The position numbers were made by a program, and so were the translations under genes. This document shows positions 49,168 through 58,669 of a stretch of DNA of 64,000 nucleotides, one piece after another. The stretch comes from Deltaproteobacteria bacterium (GTDB lineage Bacteria > Myxococcota > Kuafuiibacteriia > Kuafuiibacteriales > Kuafuiibacteriaceae), in the NCBI GenBank assembly GCA_040218735.1, contig JAVJQW010000050.1, forward strand, positions 224,001-288,000, written 5' to 3'. Positions within the stretch are counted from its first letter, which is position 1. Each line of letters begins with the position of its first letter. The notes beneath the pieces were generated by a model. That model made no database searches and had not been told where the DNA came from. It worked only from the letters and a program-made list of their open reading frames with translations.

Positions 49168-49539
49168 ATGAAGTTTCGCCTGCTGCTCACTGCCTCCGCC
49201 TTCGCTCTCGCGCTCGCCGCCACGTCGACCCCCGCGTCGGCCGCCAAGAAGTTCGAGAACCTGAAGGTCCTCAAGGACAACGGGAAAGACCTCGAGAAGG
49301 GCATGAAGAACATGTCCAAGGGCCTCGGCGTGAAGTGCACCGCGTGCCACGTCAAAGGTGACTTCGCCTCCGACGAAGTGAAGGCCAAGGACGCCACCCG
49401 GAAGTTCTTCACCGCCACCGTCGGCAAGAAGGACGGCCGCGACGCCGCGCTCAAGGAGCTGCTCGGCGTCCTGAAGGTCGACAAGCTCAAGAAGGCCGAC
49501 AAGTTCTGGGCCGGCGTCGACAAACTCGCCAAGAAATAG
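49168..49539 (+). CDS. Small basic exported monoheme c-type cytochrome
   Basis: Signal peptide; ENLKVL...M..MSKGLGVKCTACHV..DFASDE; single CxxCH. Confidence 0.85.
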   Translation: MKFRLLLTASAFALALAATSTPASAAKKFENLKVLKDNGKDLEKGMKNMSKGLGVKCTACHVKGDFASDEVKAKDATRKFFTATVGKKDGRDAALKELLGVLKVDKLKKADKFWAGVDKLAKK

Positions 49540-49541
49540 GG

Positions 49542-49811
49542 CTACCCACTGTCCGCCGCGGTCTCGATACACGCGGCGCACACCCCCTGGTCGCCGTGCA
49601 GCACCAGGGCCTCGACCTCGCTCCCCGATCGACCACACGTGATGCAGACGCGTCGGCTCCACAGCCGTCGCGTCACGTCGTTCGCTTGTCGTGCGCGCGG
49701 CAGCGTCGCTTCGAGCAACGCGACGCACGCCCCGCAAGCCAGCTTGCGACCGATCCGCTTCGGCGCTTCGGGGGGCTCGCCGCAGACCGCGCACTGTTCC
49801 TTCGTCATCAT
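49542..49811 (-). CDS. Small double C4 zinc-finger protein (second finger ClpX-ZBD-like)
   Basis: CAVC...CGAC...CITCGRSGSEVEALV...VCAAC; ATG overlaps the upstream stop (TGATG). Confidence 0.7.
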   Translation of the reverse strand: MMTKEQCAVCGEPPEAPKRIGRKLACGACVALLEATLPRARQANDVTRRLWSRRVCITCGRSGSEVEALVLHGDQGVCAACIETAADSG

Positions 49812-52800
49812 CAGCCTCCGAACGGTTCGTAGAAGCTCGGGAAGTCTCGGACGAATGCGTCCATCCCGTCAGCCCCCGCAAAGATCGCCTCCCAGAACGG
49901 CTCCGTGTTCGTGCGCAACGGCGGGAAGGTGACGCCGAAGCGCTCGCGGAGGACCGCGTCGTTCAGCGACGACACCACCGCGGGCGTCCCGCGGACGTTC
50001 GGGGTGTAGTGGTAGAGGAGGAACGACGCTTCCGCGATCCGTTCGAGGCCCTCGTCGAGCGTGAGGGTCGGGTCGTTGAGGACCTCCGCGTACAGGTCGA
50101 AGGCGTGCTCCTGCACGTGGGCCGGGTCCGTGACCGCGACGTTCACGTCGAAATCCGGGTCGCCCTCCACCCACGCGAACGGCGGGTGGTGAATCTCGAT
50201 GTTTCCGTCCGCGTCCCGCGTGACGACCGACAGCGGGACCTCGCGGCCGTCGACGGTGATCGTGTTTTCCGCCTGGCCGCGGAACGGACGGCTCCACAGC
50301 GGGGAGTCCTCCGGGAGCGCATTCGCGCGATCGAAGTAATAGCGGTGCCGGTTGCCGGGGTTGATGAAGTCGACCGGCGGGAGCCCGGCGCCGGCGTCGG
50401 TGATGAACAGCTCGGCGTCCGGCGTGTTCGAAGCCTCCGCGAGATCGAAGCGCGTCTGCGTGATGTCGTCAAAGGCCGCGCGCACGTCACCGCCGTCCAC
50501 CGGACCGACGTGCTCGCCGAACGTCCGGACGCTGCGCTGAATCGCCGCGCTCATGCCGTCGAGGAACGCCTGCTGGCTCGGGCCGACCTGCACTTCGTTG
50601 TAACCCGGGATGTTCGGAGGGAGGTGCTGTGCCGTGGGGTCGCCGTCCGCCAGCGGGAAGCGGTGGCTCGGCGCGTCGGCCGCGGTGACGTGGGTGTCGA
50701 AGTCGAACGGACGTGTCGCGCGCCCCACCCCGAGCGTGCCGGCGCCCCAGAACCCGATCTGCCCGAGCAACGCGAGCCGCTGTCCGCCCGACAGTTCGTC
50801 GAAGTTCGCGCCCAACGTGTACGCCGCGTCGCTCGCGGCCGCGGTGTCGGCGAGCGTCGCGGTGATGCCGAGGTAACGCTGCGCCGCGGCGACGGGGACG
50901 TGCAGGTGACTCGTCCCGGGGAGGCTCGCGGCGAGCGGCGTCTGGAGCGCGCGGTTCACACCCACCGCGCCGATCGCCAACGTCGACGCGGCGCCCGCGC
51001 CCACGTTCAGCCACGCCGAACGAACGCTCGGGTCCGAGAGGTCGGTCCAGTTCTGTCCGTGCTCCGCACGATCGATGAGCACCTGAGCGCCCTGCCCGGC
51101 CTGCCACGCACCGGACGCCGCGACGACGCCGAGCGCGACGCCGCCGGCCACACCACCGGTACCGGCGACGAGCAGAAAACCGCCGGCGACCGTTCCGCCG
51201 ACCAACGCCGCGGTGTTCACGACTTGCTGCGCACGCTCGGCCGGCGTGTCGGCGGTACGCGGGGTGTTCGCGCGGACGAGGCGACCGTCGAGCGCGCCGC
51301 CCTCGGGCCACACCATGCTCCCGGGTTCGAGCGCGTTGGTGTGTCGCCAGTCGTCGAAGTCGTCGTAGGTGCGGCCCTGGTGATCGACGAAGCGGACCTG
51401 GCTCGGGTCGTCGGCGTCCTCCACGCGGAACAACGGGTACGTGACGGTGCCGATGCTCTCGTGGCTGTACTGAATCGGGAGCACGGTGATCGCCGCGGTG
51501 TCGATGCCGTTCTCCGGATCGTCTTCCACCGCGCGGATCGCGTCGGCGACGTCCGTGACACGATCTTCGGAGGCCTGCGACGCTTCACGCTGCGCTTCGT
51601 ACGCCTCGATCGCGCTCGCGCTCATGGTCGCCCGCTGCTCGGGGGACAGCGGTGGGAGCGCTTCGTAGAGGAGCCCCTCCCCCGCCGCGATCGCGGCCTC
51701 GCGCTCCGCGAGCTCTTCCTCGGTCGCCAGCGGGCTCACCGACACCGCCTCGTTCATCGCGCTCCCGATCGTGTTGTCGAGGTCGGTCCCCTCGAGCACC
51801 ACCGGGCCGTCGGTCCGCGCCGCGTAGTCGTCGAGCACCGGGCGCGCGGCGTCGAAGAGGAGACGCGGGTTGTCGTAGACACTCGCGGTCGCGGTGAAGA
51901 GCTCCGCGTCCCATTCGTCGTGGTCGTGCAGGCGGCGGAGGTTGTCGAGGCGTTCGACCGGCGACACGTTTTGGTTGAAGAGGAAGTCGCGGCCCTGCTC
52001 GGTGGCGAGGACCTCCTCCAAGCGCGGCGCGACCTCGGCGGCGGCGGCGGAGTCCTCGGGGTACCAGTGGCTCGCGAGCGCCGCGGCGAAGTCATCCTCC
52101 GACCCCCGCACAGCGTCCGGCGTCATGGTGAGGAACGCGGTGTTGAGCACGGCGGCGGAGACGTCGCTCGGCGCGCCCATCGCGACCGCCTCGACGATAC
52201 GCCGCTGCATCACGGCGCGGTCGTCCGGATTGGTGGCGTCTTCGTACGCGAGCGACGTCGTGATCGAGACGGCGTCATCGACACCGATCGCCTCCAACGC
52301 GCCGCGCAGCTCCTCGGCGTCCGAGGTCATCGCGACGAACCCGGCCGACAGGTTGGCCGCGTCGCGGTGGCGCCCCTCTTCGGTCGCGAGGACGGAGGTG
52401 CGCGCGAACGCGTCGAGCAGCTCCGCGGACAGCTCGGGTTCGTCCGCGAGCGACGCCGCGAGCGCGTCGAGATCGGCCTGACGGTCCGGGCGATCGGAGG
52501 TCGCCCAGTCCGCCGCCGCTTGGTCGAAGAGGTAGGCGCGCTCGTCGTCGTCGAGCTCGCCGAGCGGCGAGTCGCCGCGCGCGATGTCGACCGCGTCGAA
52601 CAGATCCGTCGCGCCCGCACCGCCGCTCGGCTGCGGGTTGGGCGTGTCACTCGGCCGGTCCGCGTCGCCCGCCTCGAGCAGCGCGTCGATCTCGGCGGCG
52701 CGCTCCGGGAGCGCAAACGGATACCCCGCCGCCTGGACGAGCTCGGGGTCGAAGGTCCAGGCCTGCTCCGGGTCCGGCTCCGGCGCGCGCGTGCGCTCCT

Positions 52801-53101
52801 CGTCGACCGCACCCTGGAGCATCCACGCCGTGTACGTCCCCGCGAACGCCAGCTCGGCGCGCGGCGCGACGGACGCACCCGGGCTCGCCCGCCGCGGCGC
52901 CCCGCTCGCGGGCGCGCTGCCCGACGTCCCGGACGACGACGACGCACCGGACGAGGAAGACGCCCCGGACGACGACGACGCCCCGGACGACGATGATGTC
53001 GTGGACGGCGCCGCCGGCTTCGCGGGAGCCGAGCCGCCCTTCAGCGCCCGTAGCTGCGAGGGGGACAGATCCGACGTACGCCGAATGGATTTCGTACCCA
53101 T
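49811..53101 (-). CDS. Large DUF4781-like protein with hydrophobic helices and Fido-like C-terminal domain; candidate polymorphic toxin
   Basis: PLFRV...FVDHQGRTYDDFDDWRHTNALEPGSMVWPEGG (DUF4781-like), Gly/Ala-rich hydrophobic helices, C-terminal LLYHYTPNVRGTPAV. Confidence 0.8.
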   Translation of the reverse strand: MGTKSIRRTSDLSPSQLRALKGGSAPAKPAAPSTTSSSSGASSSSGASSSSGASSSSGTSGSAPASGAPRRASPGASVAPRAELAFAGTYTAWMLQGAVDEERTRAPEPDPEQAWTFDPELVQAAGYPFALPERAAEIDALLEAGDADRPSDTPNPQPSGGAGATDLFDAVDIARGDSPLGELDDDERAYLFDQAAADWATSDRPDRQADLDALAASLADEPELSAELLDAFARTSVLATEEGRHRDAANLSAGFVAMTSDAEELRGALEAIGVDDAVSITTSLAYEDATNPDDRAVMQRRIVEAVAMGAPSDVSAAVLNTAFLTMTPDAVRGSEDDFAAALASHWYPEDSAAAAEVAPRLEEVLATEQGRDFLFNQNVSPVERLDNLRRLHDHDEWDAELFTATASVYDNPRLLFDAARPVLDDYAARTDGPVVLEGTDLDNTIGSAMNEAVSVSPLATEEELAEREAAIAAGEGLLYEALPPLSPEQRATMSASAIEAYEAQREASQASEDRVTDVADAIRAVEDDPENGIDTAAITVLPIQYSHESIGTVTYPLFRVEDADDPSQVRFVDHQGRTYDDFDDWRHTNALEPGSMVWPEGGALDGRLVRANTPRTADTPAERAQQVVNTAALVGGTVAGGFLLVAGTGGVAGGVALGVVAASGAWQAGQGAQVLIDRAEHGQNWTDLSDPSVRSAWLNVGAGAASTLAIGAVGVNRALQTPLAASLPGTSHLHVPVAAAQRYLGITATLADTAAASDAAYTLGANFDELSGGQRLALLGQIGFWGAGTLGVGRATRPFDFDTHVTAADAPSHRFPLADGDPTAQHLPPNIPGYNEVQVGPSQQAFLDGMSAAIQRSVRTFGEHVGPVDGGDVRAAFDDITQTRFDLAEASNTPDAELFITDAGAGLPPVDFINPGNRHRYYFDRANALPEDSPLWSRPFRGQAENTITVDGREVPLSVVTRDADGNIEIHHPPFAWVEGDPDFDVNVAVTDPAHVQEHAFDLYAEVLNDPTLTLDEGLERIAEASFLLYHYTPNVRGTPAVVSSLNDAVLRERFGVTFPPLRTNTEPFWEAIFAGADGMDAFVRDFPSFYEPFGG
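52929..53000 (-). repeat. 18-bp tandem repeat x4 encoding the SSSSG[AT] tract
   Basis: ccggacgacgacgacgc[ac]-type units at 52929, 52947, 52965 and 52983. Confidence 0.85.
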
Positions 53102-53187
53102 CCAGCGACCACGGTCGCAGCCTGGCCCGCGGGGCGCAGTTACCTAGGAATTACAGACACTTAGTGACTCAGCGCACGTGCGCCAGG

Positions 53188-54309
53188 TCACCCTTCGAGC
53201 TCGGCGAGGTAGAGGGTCTTCATGCGCTCCAGCGACTTGGTGGTCTGGTCGACCCACTCGTTCTTCTCGCCGACCCGCTGCGCCATCTGCAGCGACTGCT
53301 CGTAGACCTTGATCGCCTTCACCACGAGCACACTCACACGTTTGCGCAGCTCCTCCAGGTAGACGTTCTTCGCCTCCTCGTCGAGGTCGGGCGGCACCGG
53401 GACGTCGAGGAGATCGTCGTAGAGCTTTTCGTACAGGTTGCCGATCCGGAACCCCGCCGCCGTCGCCCAGCCGGTGTGGCCGACGCGAATCGTGCGGATG
53501 AAGTTGTTCTGCGCGCGCAGCAGGAGCTTGCACTTCGCCTCCAGCTCCTTGCCCATCATCTCGACCCACTTGTCCTGGTCAGCCTTGGGCGGCGACAGCT
53601 TCGTCTTCTCGAACTCCCGCGCGTAGATCTCCCCGAGGTAGAAGCGCGACTGCCCGACCCAGTAGTCCGCCGGCAGGTACTCGAGCTTGCTCTGCGATTG
53701 GTAGAACGTAATCGCGCTCATGAACTCCGTCTCGGCCGTGACGTAGTCGCCCTGCATGAACATGCCGACGCCCTGCCCCACGCGCGCCTCCAGCTCGTCC
53801 ATCGGCGTGAGGTCGTCGAGGTGCCGGATCGCCCAGAACGTGTCCGCAACCTCGACCCAGCGCGACAGCTTCCCGAGCACGAAACACTTCCGGAAGTAGG
53901 CGTCCTTGAAGCTCTTCGACCCGCGGTGATCCGCGATGATCTTCTCGTAGCGCTCGAGCGACTTGTCGTATTCGACGAGCGCCTCGAACGCGAGGCCCGC
54001 GTTGTACTGCGCCGCGGGCACGTGCTTCGACTCCGGGAACTCGGCGACGAGTTTGTCGTAGATCTCGATCGCCTTGTCGTGATCACCGTTGGCGTACAGC
54101 CGGTTGCCGACCTCGAGGAGCGCCTCGGCGTCGTACCCGTCGAGCCCCGTCAGCGGGTCCTTGTCCGCCTTCACGAGGATCGGCTCCATCGCCACCTTCT
54201 CGGGCTGCGGAGCGGTCGCGGTCTTGGTCGTCGCGCAGGCGCCGAGCAGCAGCGCCACGGGGAGCAGATCGAGCCTCTTCAAACCACCGGTCCTTTCGCG
54301 CGCGCGCAT
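53188..54309 (-). CDS. TPR lipoprotein (BamD/YfiO-like repeats)
   Basis: Lipobox LLLGAC; AIEIYDKLVAEFPES..VPAAQYNAGL; QSRFYLGE; WATAAGFRIG. Start is 54309 or TTG 54282. Confidence 0.82.
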   Translation of the reverse strand: MRARERTGGLKRLDLLPVALLLGACATTKTATAPQPEKVAMEPILVKADKDPLTGLDGYDAEALLEVGNRLYANGDHDKAIEIYDKLVAEFPESKHVPAAQYNAGLAFEALVEYDKSLERYEKIIADHRGSKSFKDAYFRKCFVLGKLSRWVEVADTFWAIRHLDDLTPMDELEARVGQGVGMFMQGDYVTAETEFMSAITFYQSQSKLEYLPADYWVGQSRFYLGEIYAREFEKTKLSPPKADQDKWVEMMGKELEAKCKLLLRAQNNFIRTIRVGHTGWATAAGFRIGNLYEKLYDDLLDVPVPPDLDEEAKNVYLEELRKRVSVLVVKAIKVYEQSLQMAQRVGEKNEWVDQTTKSLERMKTLYLAELEG

Positions 54310-54470
54310 CGACACCATTATGATGTTCGGACGCCCGCCTCGAAAAGTGGACAACGGAGGGAGGCAAACTGTTTCGGAATCCGCACGGTCCGACCGCTTT
54401 TTTCGCGTTCGGTCAGCTCGGTCGCGCCGGTCAGCGGGCGCTGCGGGGTTCCCTCCTCCGGTCGGCGTGC

Positions 54471-55625
54471 TCAGTCCGTCGAGCTCTCGCCGAAGAGGTG
54501 ACGCCGGAGCTGCTCGAGGCCGAGGAGGTCGTGGACGTCGCGGGGGAGCTGCGGGATCAGCACGACGGGGACGTCGAGCCGGTTGTCGAGTGACGTCCGC
54601 GCCTCGACGTGGGCCACGGCGCGATCCCGCGTCAGCTCCGCCTCGCGGTGCAGGCGGGCCGCGAGATCGGCGGTGCCCCCCTCGGCCACCACCGCCGCCT
54701 CCAAGGCGTCGAGGGCCGGGCACGGCTCGCCGCCGAAGGGGTCGGGCGTCGCGCGGTTGAGCACCGCCGCGCCGACGTGGATCCCGTGGGACGTCAACCG
54801 CTCGTGGAACTGTCCGGCGGCGTCGACGCCGGACGTGTTCGGCGTGGAGATCACGAAGAACGTGGTGTCGTCCGCCTCGAGGATCTTGCGCACCGCCTTC
54901 GCGCGCTCGCGGAAGCCGTCGAACATCCCCGAGAAACCCGCGAGCAGCTCGGCGAGCTCCTGCAGCAGCTCCGCCCCCGTGAAGCGCGAAATCGTCCGTA
55001 GGAAGAAAGACGACCCCGCGTCGAAGAGCTTCCTCGACGTGCGCTTCTTGTTGAGCGCGGGTTCGAGGAGCCAGCGCGTCGCGTCGTTGTCGAGCGCGTT
55101 GAGCATCCGCGACGGCGCCTCGAGAAAGTCCATCGCGTGGTTCGACGGCGGCGTGTCGAGGACGATCAGATCCAGCGGGTCCTCGTCGCGGCAGGACAGC
55201 TCATAGAGCTTCTCCATCGCCATGTACTCCTGCGAGCCGGCGAGCGCCGTCGACATCGTCACGTACATCCGGCTCTCGAGGAGCTTCTTCTTCTTCGCCG
55301 GGTCGGGGTGATACCGCGTGACGACGTCGTCCCAGGTCTGCTTGATGTCGAGCATCATCGCGGTCATCCGCCCCTTGGGCGGCGGCAGGCCCACGGCTTC
55401 GAACGCCGCGGCATCCACGTCCCGCTCGACGTTGCCGATCTGCGGCATCCCCAACGCGTTCGCCAGGCGGCGCGCCGGGTCGATCGTCAACACACAGGTC
55501 CGACGCCCCGCGGCCGCGCCCTGCATCGCGATCGCGGCGGACGTCGACGTCTTGCCGACCCCGCCGGGGCCGACGCAGACGACACACCGCGCGCGCGACA
55601 ACGGCGACGCGAGCGTGTCAGCCAC
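54471..55625 (-). CDS. ArsA/GET3-family ATPase, second of tandem pair
   Basis: VGPGGVGKTS, LTIDPARRLANALG, GSQEYMAMEKL, LDTPPS.HAMDFLEAP; GTG 55625 overlaps the upstream gene. Confidence 0.9.
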   Translation of the reverse strand: MADTLASPLSRARCVVCVGPGGVGKTSTSAAIAMQGAAAGRRTCVLTIDPARRLANALGMPQIGNVERDVDAAAFEAVGLPPPKGRMTAMMLDIKQTWDDVVTRYHPDPAKKKKLLESRMYVTMSTALAGSQEYMAMEKLYELSCRDEDPLDLIVLDTPPSNHAMDFLEAPSRMLNALDNDATRWLLEPALNKKRTSRKLFDAGSSFFLRTISRFTGAELLQELAELLAGFSGMFDGFRERAKAVRKILEADDTTFFVISTPNTSGVDAAGQFHERLTSHGIHVGAAVLNRATPDPFGGEPCPALDALEAAVVAEGGTADLAARLHREAELTRDRAVAHVEARTSLDNRLDVPVVLIPQLPRDVHDLLGLEQLRRHLFGESSTD

Positions 55626-56604
55626 CCTGGGCCTCCTTCGCGGACGACTCCCCCGCGGCCTCGTCGAGGATCGACACCACCGTATCGAGATCGAAGCGGC
55701 CGTCGGGCGTGGTCTCGGCGACGTCCGGGACGACGAGGGTCGGCAACGCACTGTCCTCCGCGAAGCGCTCGGCGTGCTCGGACTGCCAGCGCTCGCGATC
55801 GCTCCGGAGCTGGGCCACGCTCGCGAACGGCGCCATCGCCTCCGGCAGGCGACCGATCACTTCGAGCGCCTCCGCGTCGAAGCGCTCTTCGAGGACGCGG
55901 TTCACGAACCCGAGGCCCGGTCGCATGCGGACCCGCTCGACACCCATCTTCAGCACGTCGAGGCCTTCGTTCACCGGCATCTCCTCCGGCAGGCAGACCA
56001 CGTGCAGGCAGGCGTCGTCTTGCGACTCGAGGAGCGCGGCCATCTTCTCCGCGAAGTCGCGCATGACCCCCTTGGGCGCGACGTTCGCGACCGTGCGCGC
56101 CACCGACAGGAAGGTGATCGCGTGCCCCGTCGCTGGCGCGTCGATCACGATGCGCTCGTACTTGAGCGCGCCGTCCTCGCGCCGCTCCTCGGAGTGGTAC
56201 CAAGCCTTGCCCGACATCGTGAATTCACCGAGCGACGGGATGGACCGCAGCAGGTACTTCACCAGCCGGTTCTCGAACACGAGGTTGTAGAGCGCCTTGA
56301 ACTTGAGGACGAGGAGCGCGTACTCCTTCATCGATCCGGTCGGCGTCATCCGGCACAGCCACAGGTTGTTGAACGCCTCCCGCGGCGAATCGACCGCCGG
56401 CTGCACACCCATCGCGCGCGCGGCGTCGTCCGGGGCGTCGACCTCGAGCAGGAGCGTCCGGTAGCCGGCCCGCGCGAGTTTGTGCGCGAGGCCCGCCGCG
56501 ATCGTGGTGCGCCCCACGCCGCCCTTCCCGGCCACCACGTGCACACGCCGGGCGAGGTGCGCGCGGACGACGGCCGGATCCGGCGTGGGGATGGACGGCC
56601 CCAT
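55618..56604 (-). CDS. ArsA/GET3-family ATPase, first of tandem pair
   Basis: AGKGGVGRTT, IPSLGE...GK, IDAPATGH, LPEEMPVNE, NR. Confidence 0.9.
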   Translation of the reverse strand: MGPSIPTPDPAVVRAHLARRVHVVAGKGGVGRTTIAAGLAHKLARAGYRTLLLEVDAPDDAARAMGVQPAVDSPREAFNNLWLCRMTPTGSMKEYALLVLKFKALYNLVFENRLVKYLLRSIPSLGEFTMSGKAWYHSEERREDGALKYERIVIDAPATGHAITFLSVARTVANVAPKGVMRDFAEKMAALLESQDDACLHVVCLPEEMPVNEGLDVLKMGVERVRMRPGLGFVNRVLEERFDAEALEVIGRLPEAMAPFASVAQLRSDRERWQSEHAERFAEDSALPTLVVPDVAETTPDGRFDLDTVVSILDEAAGESSAKEAQGG

Positions 56605-56669
56605 GCGAGCGGTCATTGCATGTTTGATTCGGTTGGTCGATCGCCAAAAGTGCTGCATAGTCCGCCGCC

Positions 56670-57146
56670 ATGGCGCTGGATCCCGCCTTCGTCGCGGACT
56701 GTCCCTACGGTCCGGGCGGCCTGCTGATCGACGACATCATCGAAATCGACGAAGCCAACAGCCGCGTCGTCGCGCAGTTCCCGACCCGCGATTCACTCCC
56801 GCTGACCCGCGAGCAGCGAAACCACCCCGTGCGACACCCCGCCCACGTCTCGGGCGGGCTGATGGTCCACATGACCGGGATGGTGGGGTTCGTCCACGCC
56901 TACTACGTGCTCGGCCTGCGTCACGCCGACGGCTGGATCGGCTACGGCGTGCGCATCCACGACGCCCGCTTCGCCGCGCTCGCCAGCCCCGGAGCACCCA
57001 TGCTGCTGGAAGCCCACGCGACGCGGGTGCGCCACATCCGCGATCAGTACTTCGCGCGCTACCGGTTCCACTTCACGCAGGACGGGACCACGATCTACGA
57101 GGGCGACCAGACCGCGATCTGGCAGCGGGTCACCGAAGAACCCTGA
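56670..57146 (+). CDS. Hotdog-fold (FabA/FabZ-like) protein
   Basis: CPYGP..LLIDDI, HPAHVSGGLM, GVRIHDARF.ALASPG pattern resembles the FabZ layout. Confidence 0.7.
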   Translation: MALDPAFVADCPYGPGGLLIDDIIEIDEANSRVVAQFPTRDSLPLTREQRNHPVRHPAHVSGGLMVHMTGMVGFVHAYYVLGLRHADGWIGYGVRIHDARFAALASPGAPMLLEAHATRVRHIRDQYFARYRFHFTQDGTTIYEGDQTAIWQRVTEEP

Positions 57147-57215
57147 CCGTCTCATTCTTCAACGGTCCACCGTGCATCCTTTACCCTTGGGATCAGGTGG
57201 CCGAACGACCCTAGC

Positions 57216-58667
57216 GTGGTTCTCAAGAAGGCTAGGACGCTCCGGGGTGCGATCTTCGCGGCGGTGGCCCCGTCCGTGGCGCTCGCCTTTACCGTCGCGT
57301 GTGGCCTGCCACTCGCGCACTACGTGTTCCGGGCGCGGCTCGCGCAGGCGTCGCACGAGCTCTCGGCCGCGCAGCTCGCGCGCGTCGAGCGGCTCGCCAG
57401 CGTGGCCGAGGTGCCCGTCACCGTCATCAGTGTCCTCGCGGTGATCGTGGCCGTGGTGTGTGTCCTCCTCGCGCACCGCGCCGGAAAACACATCGAGCGT
57501 CGCGTCACCGGCGTCGCCGAGCTCGCCGAGTCGGTGCTGACCGGAGGGATGCTCCCGCTCGACAACGACGAAAGCGACGACTCCCTACGCCACCTCTCCG
57601 ACGAGCTGTGCCGCATCGCGGGGGCGCTCGCGGAGCGTGACGCCTCCGTGCGCGAAGACGCGTTTCGACAGGAGCTCGACGCGCGCGTCCAGAACGCCAT
57701 GATGATGGCCGAGTCCGAGCCCGACGTTTACGAGATCACCCGCCGCGCCGTGGACACACTCATCCCCGGTCGCCCCGCCGAGCTGTTGATGGCCGACGCG
57801 AGCAACGCACACCTTCGCAGCGTCGCGACGTGCGGACCACACGCGCCCGCGTGTGGTGTCGCGTCCCCGCGTCTCTGCCACGCGGTTCGCCGCGGGCAGA
57901 CGATCCACTCGACCGACACCCGAGCCATCGACGCCTGCCCACGTCTCACGGACCGCGACAGACCGGTGCAGGCCGCCGTGTGTGTGCCTGTCAACGTCAT
58001 GGGGAAGACCGTCGGCGTGCTGCACGCGACGACCGAACACAGCAACCCGCTCTCCGCACCCGCCATCCGCGAGCTCGAGCAGGTCGTTCGCCACCTCGGC
58101 GCGCACACCGGCATGATCCGCGCGCTGGAGACCTCGCAGCTGCAAGCGCAGACGGATCCGCTCACGGGCCTGCTCAACCGCCGATCGCTCGAGACACGGT
58201 CGAGCACGATGCTCGTCGACGACCAGATCGGCGCGGTGCTCGTCGCCGACCTCGACCACTTCAAACGCCTCAACGACACGCACGGGCACGACGCGGGCGA
58301 CCGCGCGCTGCGACTCTATTCGCAGGTCCTCCGCCAGACGCTGCGCCCGACGGACCTCGTCGCGCGCTTCGGCGGTGAAGAGTTCGTGTGTGTGCTGCCG
58401 GGCGTCGACGCGCAGACCGCAGCGAACGTCGCCGACCGCGTCCGCGAAGCGCTCGCCCAAGCGGTCGACCGTAGCGGCGGCCCGGCGTTCACGTCGTCCT
58501 TCGGCGTCGCCGGCTTCCCGCACCACGGCGCCACGCTCGAAGAGCTCGTCCAGGTCGGCGACCAAGCGCTCTACGAAGCGAAGAAGAACGGGCGCGACCG
58601 TGTCGAGGTCGCCGGCAGCGCACCACGGCCCGTGCCGGACACCTCCGCGAACGACGAGGCGGCCTGA
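57216..58667 (+). CDS. Membrane diguanylate cyclase (2 TM, GAF, GGDEF)
   Basis: TDPLTGLLNRR, DLDHFKRLNDTHGHDAGD, RPTD I-site, GGEEF, DQALYEAKKNGRD. Confidence 0.95.
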   Translation: MVLKKARTLRGAIFAAVAPSVALAFTVACGLPLAHYVFRARLAQASHELSAAQLARVERLASVAEVPVTVISVLAVIVAVVCVLLAHRAGKHIERRVTGVAELAESVLTGGMLPLDNDESDDSLRHLSDELCRIAGALAERDASVREDAFRQELDARVQNAMMMAESEPDVYEITRRAVDTLIPGRPAELLMADASNAHLRSVATCGPHAPACGVASPRLCHAVRRGQTIHSTDTRAIDACPRLTDRDRPVQAAVCVPVNVMGKTVGVLHATTEHSNPLSAPAIRELEQVVRHLGAHTGMIRALETSQLQAQTDPLTGLLNRRSLETRSSTMLVDDQIGAVLVADLDHFKRLNDTHGHDAGDRALRLYSQVLRQTLRPTDLVARFGGEEFVCVLPGVDAQTAANVADRVREALAQAVDRSGGPAFTSSFGVAGFPHHGATLEELVQVGDQALYEAKKNGRDRVEVAGSAPRPVPDTSANDEAA

Positions 58668-58669
58668 GC

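Noticed and set aside
49168-49539. Evidence for photosynthesis from the PufC-like cytochrome motif
   Set aside because: Single heme only, and no pufLM, bch or crt genes in the window.
54471-56604. Arsenic resistance locus
   Set aside because: No arsB/acr3, arsC, arsR or arsD; the motifs match the paired non-arsenic ArsA/GET3-like subfamily.
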